Virus record (IMG/VR): IMGVR_UViG_3300047994_000087 | Location: 1 to 64,000 of that record | DNA: 64,000 bases | Source of the DNA: a virus | Strand: one strand, 5' to 3' | Shown here: piece after piece, positions 40,156-47,491 of the stretch | Layout: every line of letters begins with the position of its first letter | How positions within the stretch are numbered: the stretch's first letter is position 1 | Translations under genes and position numbers: made by a program | Notes under the pieces: model-generated | Databases searched by the model: none | What the model was told of the DNA's origin: nothing | Seen by the model: the letters and a program-made list of their open reading frames with translations, nothing else

Positions 40156-41219
40156 TTGTTGGAGGCGTAGAGTTCTTTAAATCCTTCATCGATCTCTCGC
40201 TGTGCTTCCTGCACTAAGCTGTTTGCATCTGTAGCAATTGGCAGATCGTTGTATGTGAAAGCTCTTCGTGAGCGGGAAAGAGAAAGCAGGAACTTGCCAG
40301 ACAATATTTTCAATAGTGAACGACTGTACAGAGAGGAATTTTCAATTCCAACCACTTCTACTTCTGTAATAATTCCTGAGTTGTTGGTAGTTATCACTTT
40401 CTCGTAGTTTTTGTACATAGCTTTTACGTCGATAAAACCAGTCTCACTGGTATACAGATAGGGGAACTTAGATTCTGGTGGGCAGCGGTATTCCCAAATG
40501 TAAGTACGAGGAGTGACCAGACGATTAGGGTCAGAGTAGTCTGTGTAATAATCTGATCGGACAAGCGCTTGTGAAGAGAACAGGGAAGTGGAGAACATAG
40601 GCAACACGCTTGTAACATCCAGAGGAGGCTCTCCTGGAGTACTAGGAATCGTTGTGATGACAGGAGTGTTGAAGGTGTATACTTCAGAGCCATTGGTCGA
40701 CGCACAAGCGTATGAAGTAGCGTTGCCTGATGTGCTCACAAGCGTAATTACCGCACCAGCAGCCGTAGCAGTTAAGAAGCTGTTTACTGTTGTGTCGGCA
40801 TTTATTGCAGCGGCCAGATGGGGAGCTAATGCAGTAGCGCTTGCGTCTCCAGACACTGTGGTGTAAACGGTGTTGTGAGGACTGCTATCTAATTTACCGT
40901 CAGTAGTTCCGAATGTTATTGTTTCGCCGCTGGCAAAGCCCGACCCACTGATTGTTAATGTTCCAGTGCTGTAGGTTACTATTGGAGTGTAATAGGTGTT
41001 GTTTGGATCATAGGTGAAGTCATATACGTTTGAAGGTAATACTTCAATTGAGAATTGCTTAGTGGGTGGACAAAAACCGGTGAATGTGTCGATCTCAGGC
41101 TCAAGAAGAACCCATAACGCTGTGAGATTAAAACCAATGTCTTGAAGTCCATTAGCACCCAGAAGTAGATGCTGTCCATTACGCACGCAGAGATAATAGG
41201 CAAGCTTGCTCAGTAACAT
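40131..41219 (-). CDS. Head-tail adaptor / neck protein (gp13-like position) with inserted AINAD domain
   Basis: C-terminal SRRAF..LP..DANSLVQEAQREI resembles neck-1 proteins; synteny. Confidence 0.6.
   Translation of the reverse strand: MLLSKLAYYLCVRNGQHLLLGANGLQDIGFNLTALWVLLEPEIDTFTGFCPPTKQFSIEVLPSNVYDFTYDPNNTYYTPIVTYSTGTLTISGSGFASGETITFGTTDGKLDSSPHNTVYTTVSGDASATALAPHLAAAINADTTVNSFLTATAAGAVITLVSTSGNATSYACASTNGSEVYTFNTPVITTIPSTPGEPPLDVTSVLPMFSTSLFSSQALVRSDYYTDYSDPNRLVTPRTYIWEYRCPPESKFPYLYTSETGFIDVKAMYKNYEKVITTNNSGIITEVEVVGIENSSLYSRSLLKILSGKFLLSLSRSRRAFTYNDLPIATDANSLVQEAQREIDEGFKELYASNKWWEAVRP
40662..40970 (-). repeat. Copy of the shared AINAD domain (in the neck protein)
   Basis: STGTLTISGSGFASGETITF...LAAAINADTTVNSFLTA...ITLVSTSGNATSY...GSEVYTFNTP. 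Confidence 0.85.
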
Positions 41220-41279
41220 GTGAAAGGGACTCCAGGAACTCTCTGTAATTATCAGAGCGATCAGGAAGGATGATTGAAA

Positions 41280-41888
41280 TTAGGGCAATATCAAGCCCTT
41301 GTCCGCACAAAAACGGGCAAATCTGAGTAAGTGTTTACAGAGAGTGGGGATATGTCCCGGATTCGGACCAGGAGCAGAGCCGAGCGGAAGACCATCCTTA
41401 CGCTTTCCATCCCAGCCATATCTAGGGTCAGGAACCTTATCAGGACCAGCCTGCGATCCGATTTGCATGTTGTAATACCAAGCCGCGAAGTAATAGTCCT
41501 TACACTGACAGTTAACGGCTATAGATGTTTTACTGAAGGAAGGTTTAGACATCCATACGTTCTGACCAGGGAAGATCTCTACCCCAAAAGGGTGCTCTGT
41601 AGTCTTCTGGTATCCCCAACTTAGGCCGTGGAAGACAATAGTGGTTTGATACTTCTCGGGCTTGAACTTGTAGCCGCCACCTGGCACCGGAATACCATTG
41701 TCTGTAAGCGGGGTGAACTCAGCCTGCATGGCCAATGCGTTGCCCAGTAGATTGTTTTCCAGATTGCCATTAGGGTTGGTGCTCTTCCCCAAGATAGGAA
41801 CCGCCCGTGTAGGAACAAAGTTACCAGTTGGGTTTACTTTGGACCTGAACGAGGCGGTACTTAGGAAAAAATCCTTTAGGGTGAGCAT
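41280..41888 (-). CDS. SWIM zinc-finger protein
   Basis: VNCQCKDY...LCKHL. Confidence 0.75.
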   Translation of the reverse strand: MLTLKDFFLSTASFRSKVNPTGNFVPTRAVPILGKSTNPNGNLENNLLGNALAMQAEFTPLTDNGIPVPGGGYKFKPEKYQTTIVFHGLSWGYQKTTEHPFGVEIFPGQNVWMSKPSFSKTSIAVNCQCKDYYFAAWYYNMQIGSQAGPDKVPDPRYGWDGKRKDGLPLGSAPGPNPGHIPTLCKHLLRFARFCADKGLILP

Positions 41889-41936
41889 GAACGCTCCTAC
41901 TTATTCTTCTTTAGAGCACTAAGGATGTCCCCTGCT

Positions 41937-42302
41937 TTACTCATTGATCTTCTCCAGTTTGTCTTCGTTCTTCTTCTCAGTTCCAGCAGGCTTCTTAGGC
42001 TCAGATGAATCGTTCAGCTTCTCTAGCTTCTTAGCTGGCTCTTTCTTCTCGTCTGAGAGATTGGCAAGCTTCTGGGTAGGATCAGGGTCCTGGGACGCTG
42101 GCTCTGCCGTATCATTCAAAGCTTCTAACACTTCAACACCTCTTGCTTGTAGAAGATCTCCGAATAGGTTGAAATCTTCTTCTGACAGATCACTCGCGCC
42201 TGGCTTGACAGTAACACCTTTAGCAAGACGGTTGATATACAAATGGACAGCGCCATCGTGCGGATTATTTACTTTCATTCTTAGAGTCTCCATTGTTAGC
42301 AA
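41937..42302 (-). CDS. Hypothetical late protein with charged tail
   Basis: Packed in the late cluster; start uncertain. Confidence 0.5.
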   Translation of the reverse strand: MLTMETLRMKVNNPHDGAVHLYINRLAKGVTVKPGASDLSEEDFNLFGDLLQARGVEVLEALNDTAEPASQDPDPTQKLANLSDEKKEPAKKLEKLNDSSEPKKPAGTEKKNEDKLEKINE

Positions 42303-42525
42303 CGTGACTGTCTAACAGTCCTTGCAGTAGTCCTTTAAATAGTGTAGCTACCTCATCTGGAGTGCTTCCAGAATCAGCTAGTTCTTTCTCAACTATTGCT
42401 CTACACTTTTGCACTGCGTCCAATACAATCGGAGCACAGGCAAGAATAATTTTGACGGCCAGCATACCGTCCTTAAGTAGTTTGGCCATGTCTACGGCCT
42501 TCAGAATTAGTGCTAGTTCATTCAT
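42265..42525 (-). CDS. Small hydrophobic protein
   Basis: 86 aa with a hydrophobic central helix. Confidence 0.45.
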   Translation of the reverse strand: MNELALILKAVDMAKLLKDGMLAVKIILACAPIVLDAVQKCRAIVEKELADSGSTPDEVATLFKGLLQGLLDSHVANNGDSKNESK

Positions 42526-42851
42526 TATTTGTCACCGGATATTAGTTTATTGAGTGCGTGTCTTACAGGGTGTGCTTTCTTGTCAGCATCATCAGCAGCT
42601 TTGTCGGCTGCATCAGAATCAGCTTTCTTACAGTCCACGCACACAGTAGACTTACGTTCAGGATCATTCATAGGTTTGTGACATTTAGCACAGGGATGAT
42701 TGTCGTTCCTGTGGTCATGTGCAATCTTTTTAACTTCCGCATCGGAAAACTGTGGCTGCGAGCTGCTAGAAGTATCGTTGTAACCGCCAATACCACCATA
42801 GCCGTCGCCGTAGGTCTCCATCCGCTTTAGTAGTTGTCCTGCTCTACTCAC
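42525..42851 (-). CDS. Candidate internal head protein with CxxC..CxxC
   Basis: N-terminal MSRAGQLLKRME; CAKC...CVDC. Confidence 0.55.
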   Translation of the reverse strand: MSRAGQLLKRMETYGDGYGGIGGYNDTSSSSQPQFSDAEVKKIAHDHRNDNHPCAKCHKPMNDPERKSTVCVDCKKADSDAADKAADDADKKAHPVRHALNKLISGDK

Positions 42852-42856
42852 TGCAC

Positions 42857-43090
42857 CTACCCGTTTCTGTTACGTCTGTAATTTAAAACAGTATCAGCAT
42901 CATTGATCTGGTCGAGATATTTACTCTCTTTATCACTGTTACCAATACTTCTCATAGCCTTAGCTGCGTCGTGAGCGTCCTTCCTGATGTACTTAAGCTC
43001 GTTGTCGGTCTTTGAGTGATATGGGTGCCCAGCAAGAGGCATCTTCTCTTTCTTCTCGATCAAGTCGATTAGATCACTAGCTCTGCTCAT
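42857..43090 (-). CDS. Candidate internal head protein
   Basis: ATG 43090 with GAGG RBS; N-terminal MSRASDLIDLIE; first gene after the capsid gene. Confidence 0.6.
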   Translation of the reverse strand: MSRASDLIDLIEKKEKMPLAGHPYHSKTDNELKYIRKDAHDAAKAMRSIGNSDKESKYLDQINDADTVLNYRRNRNG

Positions 43091-43114
43091 GTTCAAAATC
43101 CTCTTTAGTAGAAA

Positions 43115-43135
43115 GGGCCAGGACAATCCCGGCCC
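43115..43135 (-). terminator. Intrinsic terminator after the major capsid gene
   Basis: Minus strand GGGCCGGGA-TTG-TCCTGGCCC followed by TTTCT. Confidence 0.6.
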
Positions 43136-43162
43136 CCTCAATTTCCTTACTTACTGCTCAGC

Positions 43163-44677
43163 TTACGAGAAGCTGAAGTCAGTTTCAGTGATGTTCAGCT
43201 GAGTGCTGAAGTTGCTGATGAGCGGGTCCAAACCAGCCCACGATGCGGCTGCACGTTGGTTCTGGAATGGGTTGAATCCCATCTGCATCGTGTTAGTCAC
43301 GTACAGAGGCATCAGAGGACTGTATACGAGTGGAGCCTCGTAGTTGTTAGGACCCTGATACAGACCGATGATCGTGAGATCGTTGAGAACCGTAGAATAC
43401 GGAACGCGAACAACAACCATGCCATCCAAGTGGCCATAGATGTGGGGACCGAAACTGTTGTCGTCGAACACTTGGACGAATCCGGGAAGTGTTTTCAGGA
43501 TGGCAGCGGCCTTACGACCAGCAACCAAAGTGTTGACAGTTCCACGCCCGGCAGTCTTGACCATCAAGGCAGCATTATCGTTCAATGCATACTTGAGAGT
43601 AGGCAAGTGTTCGAAGTAGCTGATACCATCCGTAGGCATTCTTTCCCACGAGCTGACGTTAGCGCCAGGAATGTTGGAAGTCAGAAGACCGACAGCGGTG
43701 TTCATGATTTCATTGTTGATTGAAACAGTGAGATCCTGGGCCACTTCACCATCCAAGTCCATGTTGTAGCGCTTGCTGTACAGGAACTTTTCAGCAGTAC
43801 CGAAGGTCGCCTTCAGGTGGAAGAAACGAGCCGCGATAGGCTTGGTGACGATCTGCAAGATAGCTGACTGAATGTCAGTATTTGCTTCAGGAATGCTGTT
43901 ATAACTGATCTGAACGAGTGTAGCGTTAGATGTGGTAGACGGTGTCTGCGTGAAGGCCAATGAGGTTACAACACCGGTCTTGAAGTTAACAACACCATGC
44001 ATACCGATCCAAGTGCCAGCAACGTTCACCATCTGTGAGAAGTTTCCGCTACTAGGGTCTGCAATAACGCCGCTGTAAACAGCAGTGCCACCAGAGAACA
44101 CAACAGTAGCGTTCAGAACGCAACGTCTAGGGTCGATAGGACCAACGAAGTCTTGTCCGGCATTTACAGTGAGGTTGGTGTAACTAGCGGTACCACCACC
44201 GTCTGAGACGAGAGTAGACGTAGCGAACGCATCGGTCATGTAACCGTTTCCACCGGCACCGGGGAATACGTCAGGAGCAGCAAGAGTGCTCAAGAGCTTC
44301 TGACCGCTGGTTACGTTACCACGAGTGTTCTGAGCAACCCAGTCTTTGAAGGCCACGAAGCCCTGCAAATCTTCCATAGGTTGAACGGAAGCAATAACGT
44401 TGATAGGCGATGCACCGAAGTTAACGGCAAGGATGTCCTTGGCTACGTTAGGCATCTGACCAAGGTTGGATAGGTTACCGGTGTCTTCGCAGTACTTCTG
44501 GTAGACATCCCACTTCTCGAACATTTGACCAGCATTAACAACGTCAATGGCTGTGACACCATGCGGTCTAACTTTGGCCAAAGGAGACTTGTCCACGATC
44601 TGGTTCATCCATGGACCGTATTCTTTGATATATTCAGCCGCTTTCTTTTGAGCAGCGTTCTCTCTATTCTCTGTCAT
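43163..44677 (-). CDS. Major capsid protein (gp23-like)
   Basis: SVQPM..QG.V, SINNEI, GRGTVN.LV, LVYSPLMPL; follows the protease/scaffold gene. Confidence 0.9.
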   Translation of the reverse strand: MTENRENAAQKKAAEYIKEYGPWMNQIVDKSPLAKVRPHGVTAIDVVNAGQMFEKWDVYQKYCEDTGNLSNLGQMPNVAKDILAVNFGASPINVIASVQPMEDLQGFVAFKDWVAQNTRGNVTSGQKLLSTLAAPDVFPGAGGNGYMTDAFATSTLVSDGGGTASYTNLTVNAGQDFVGPIDPRRCVLNATVVFSGGTAVYSGVIADPSSGNFSQMVNVAGTWIGMHGVVNFKTGVVTSLAFTQTPSTTSNATLVQISYNSIPEANTDIQSAILQIVTKPIAARFFHLKATFGTAEKFLYSKRYNMDLDGEVAQDLTVSINNEIMNTAVGLLTSNIPGANVSSWERMPTDGISYFEHLPTLKYALNDNAALMVKTAGRGTVNTLVAGRKAAAILKTLPGFVQVFDDNSFGPHIYGHLDGMVVVRVPYSTVLNDLTIIGLYQGPNNYEAPLVYSPLMPLYVTNTMQMGFNPFQNQRAAASWAGLDPLISNFSTQLNITETDFSFS

Positions 44678-44713
44678 TTTGGGTTTCCTCTCACTTAAAA
44701 GTGAATACGTGAA

Positions 44714-46222
44714 TTAGAGCGTTGCTCTGGGAGTGGTCAGTTCAGGGACCGGGGTGAGTACTTTTACGTTTTCGAACACAGAAGCCGTGTAGGACGAACC
44801 AGCAAAGGTTGGCGCTTCAGGAATAGTTCCTGAAACTGTTTCTTCGACTTTGTTCAGTTCGGGCACCTTGTATGTTTTGGTGACAGCACTGCTTTCTTTG
44901 ATCTTCTTCAAGCTGTTGATAGTGGCCTCAGAACCCATCTTCTTGACCATTTCAAGGACAGCTTCTTCGTCAACACCAAACTCTTTAGAGATCTTCTGAG
45001 CGGCCAGCTTGCGCTTACCTTCAACAACACGGTCAGTAAGTTTTTGGGCAGCGTCTAGCTTCTCAGAGATAGCAGTCGGTGAGCCGATCTTGATATACTC
45101 TTCAGCCAGTCCAAGAACTTTGTCTAGTTCTTGGATAGAGCCCATTTCCAAATACTGTTCAAAGGCAGCGAACATCTTGTTCAGTTCTTCAAGCGAACCA
45201 AGAGCGGCAAAAGCAGCGTTGGCTTCTTTAACAGCTTTCAGTTCATCAGGAGTGCCAAGAGCTGCATAGGCTTCTGTAAGGCCAAGCATTTTCTTAGTGA
45301 ATGAAGCAGCGTTAGGAGCCGCAGAACTCTGATCCAAAAGACCAGCAGACAAGGCGTAAGCCTTCAAAGGTTCCAGTTCAAGCCACTTGCGTAGACCTTC
45401 AGAAAGTTCCTTGCCAGCTTCCACATGATTAGCAACAGCTTCATGAGCGGCAATAGTCTTTTCCTGATCAGCTGCTTTGGTAGTCAAAGCAATATTGGCT
45501 TGAAGAGCTTCTGTAAGCTGTGCTTGCAGGCCCATTTTTTCTTCTGTAAGTTTGTGGATAAGCTCTAGCTTTTCCTCAAGTTTTTGTAAGTCCATTACGA
45601 CATCCTCATTTTTGGTGGGCGTGAGATTTTCCATAACAGTCACGTATGCGGAGGACACGCCTGGATTCCGCACGAAGTCAAAGGTTTCTAATTGAAAGGA
45701 GTCAGCATCAATGATGTCTTCTCCAAGAGCTGTCTTACCGCTGCTCTTGCCAAAAGCACGAGAAGAGACAGGTAGTGGCATTCCTGCGCGGAGCAAAACA
45801 TTCAACTGCTGTCCGGCATTAGTTCCAAGAATGAGAATCTCTCCCATTCCTACGTTGTTTTCATTGATCCAAAGTTTGATAACTGTGTGTGAGAACTTGC
45901 CTTCCGCAAGTGCCTTCTCATCTAATTCTTGGTCGTGACCTATAGCACCAAATAGGCCCCCATTGTTGAGCTTTTCCTGAACCTTCTTAATAGCGCTTTC
46001 CCAAAGACTCTTAGAATAGAATCTGTTATTAAGAGAGACGCCATCAACCAGGAAGAAAGGTCCTTGCACACGGGCCAGAATGTTGACTCCGTCTACTCTC
46101 GATGCGACTGGCTGACCATGCTCATCTAAGGGCTCTGGCATTACTGTCCAAGTGCGCTGTGATTCACCTATAAAGGTGTCGCGTAACTGAAGTTCTTGCT
46201 TGTTAGTAAGTGCAGCGGTCAA
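44714..46222 (-). CDS. Prohead protease (gp21-like) fused to scaffold (gp22-like)
   Basis: NNRFYS, GAIGH, SH, VSSRAFG, TFDFVRNPG; helical C-terminal half. Confidence 0.88.
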   Translation of the reverse strand: MTAALTNKQELQLRDTFIGESQRTWTVMPEPLDEHGQPVASRVDGVNILARVQGPFFLVDGVSLNNRFYSKSLWESAIKKVQEKLNNGGLFGAIGHDQELDEKALAEGKFSHTVIKLWINENNVGMGEILILGTNAGQQLNVLLRAGMPLPVSSRAFGKSSGKTALGEDIIDADSFQLETFDFVRNPGVSSAYVTVMENLTPTKNEDVVMDLQKLEEKLELIHKLTEEKMGLQAQLTEALQANIALTTKAADQEKTIAAHEAVANHVEAGKELSEGLRKWLELEPLKAYALSAGLLDQSSAAPNAASFTKKMLGLTEAYAALGTPDELKAVKEANAAFAALGSLEELNKMFAAFEQYLEMGSIQELDKVLGLAEEYIKIGSPTAISEKLDAAQKLTDRVVEGKRKLAAQKISKEFGVDEEAVLEMVKKMGSEATINSLKKIKESSAVTKTYKVPELNKVEETVSGTIPEAPTFAGSSYTASVFENVKVLTPVPELTTPRATL

Positions 46223-46276
46223 AATAGGATGCCTCGCGCAAAATCAATTTGCGTGAGTATCGTAAGATGAGAATTA

Positions 46277-46696
46277 CTACTGTCCTGAAAGCAGCTCGAT
46301 TAGTTCCTCTAACAGCAGTTGATCTGGCACAGAAAGATAAAAGCTTAGTTCGTCTTTTAATAATTCAGTCAGTTCTAACGATTCCCTCTTCCCAAACAGC
46401 CCGGCCTTAGGAATGAAGGAGCGAGTAGCTAGCCATCTTCCAAGCTGTCTGTGGTGCTTCTTACCTTCTGCTGATTTGTGATAGTCCCGGACAGCTTGGA
46501 GCATCTTAAATCTATGTCTATTCCATTCACGCTCTGCTGTTTTAGACTTGCGGAAGTTCTTGAACATACTTCCAATCTTTTGTCTGCGCTGAATGAATAG
46601 CTTGTGGTCGTCCTCAGTTATCCGGTCATACAAAGACTTACCGCACTCTAACAAGAACAGCTGCTTGTCGAGTTCCGTGTGGAACTGCACATTCAT
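46277..46696 (-). CDS. Basic prohead core protein (gp68-like position)
   Basis: Arg/Lys-rich; T4-like order 20-67-68-21-22-23. Confidence 0.5.
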   Translation of the reverse strand: MNVQFHTELDKQLFLLECGKSLYDRITEDDHKLFIQRRQKIGSMFKNFRKSKTAEREWNRHRFKMLQAVRDYHKSAEGKKHHRQLGRWLATRSFIPKAGLFGKRESLELTELLKDELSFYLSVPDQLLLEELIELLSGQ

Positions 46697-47019
46697 CTTA
46701 TAGGACTATTAGGCAGGAACTTCACCAATAGTTCTCCGACCACTGTAAGAGACGCAGGAATAACAGTAAGCCAAATACCAAGCATTAATGCTCTTAGTTG
46801 ATTAACCGATTCCAGTTTAAGTTCAAGCTGAAACAACTTCTCTCTAATATTCTTTACGTCACTCAGGGAGCTGGTCAGGCCTTCAATGGATTTTTGCAGC
46901 GCTACAAGAGAAGAGGTAAACGTCTTGTTGTCGTGCTGAGTCTCTTCCATCTGACGTTCTAACTTAGCTACGCGCTTCTCTAGACTCGTGACGCGAGTAT
47001 TGGTGCTGTCTTCAGTCAT
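46693..47019 (-). CDS. Coiled-coil protein with C-terminal transmembrane helix (holin/XhlA-like candidate)
   Basis: RVTSLEKRVAKLE heptads followed by ALMLGIWLTVIPASLTVVG. Confidence 0.5.
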   Translation of the reverse strand: MTEDSTNTRVTSLEKRVAKLERQMEETQHDNKTFTSSLVALQKSIEGLTSSLSDVKNIREKLFQLELKLESVNQLRALMLGIWLTVIPASLTVVGELLVKFLPNSPIR

Positions 47020-47024
47020 GGGAA

Positions 47025-47390
47025 TTACCTCCCTCTGAAGAAGTTGTTAACGAATGAAGTGCTGCCATTGTCGAATGACTCTGTCAGTTCATCGTCTTCC
47101 GTGATTCCTAGTAATGAGTCTATGTTGTCGAGCCCAGCATCTTCACCAAAGCCGAATTCGTCGTCGTCAGCCATAATGGAATCAAGATCGTCATCTGAAC
47201 AGTCTAAGTCGCCATCACAGAAGTCTGCAAATTCGTCCGGGTCAGCATCTTGCATGCATACATCACTTGTGTCTTCACCAGCAATGCCTAGGGCAGCATC
47301 AGGCATAGTCCCAAGACTGCTTATGTCTTCCGTTAGTTTTTCTACGTCCATGGTCCTGGGATTCCTTAAAGTTGGTAGCGATTTATTCAC
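47025..47390 (-). CDS. Highly acidic prohead core protein (gp67-like position)
   Basis: Asp/Glu-rich; directly downstream of the portal gene. Confidence 0.5.
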   Translation of the reverse strand: MNKSLPTLRNPRTMDVEKLTEDISSLGTMPDAALGIAGEDTSDVCMQDADPDEFADFCDGDLDCSDDDLDSIMADDDEFGFGEDAGLDNIDSLLGITEDDELTESFDNGSTSFVNNFFRGR

Positions 47391-47489
47391 GAGTATAGTG
47401 CTGCATCAATTGGCCGCTTATTTTTCAGGCGCTTCCAACGTAGATGCCCCTGAAGCCTTGTGCTCGATAACGTATATTCCTGAAGCCAT
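47391..47489 (-). pseudogene. GIY-YIG homing endonuclease remnant
   Basis: ATG 47489 gives MASGIYVIEHKASG; a shifted frame continues IYVGSA then stop. Confidence 0.6.
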
Positions 47490-47491
47490 AA

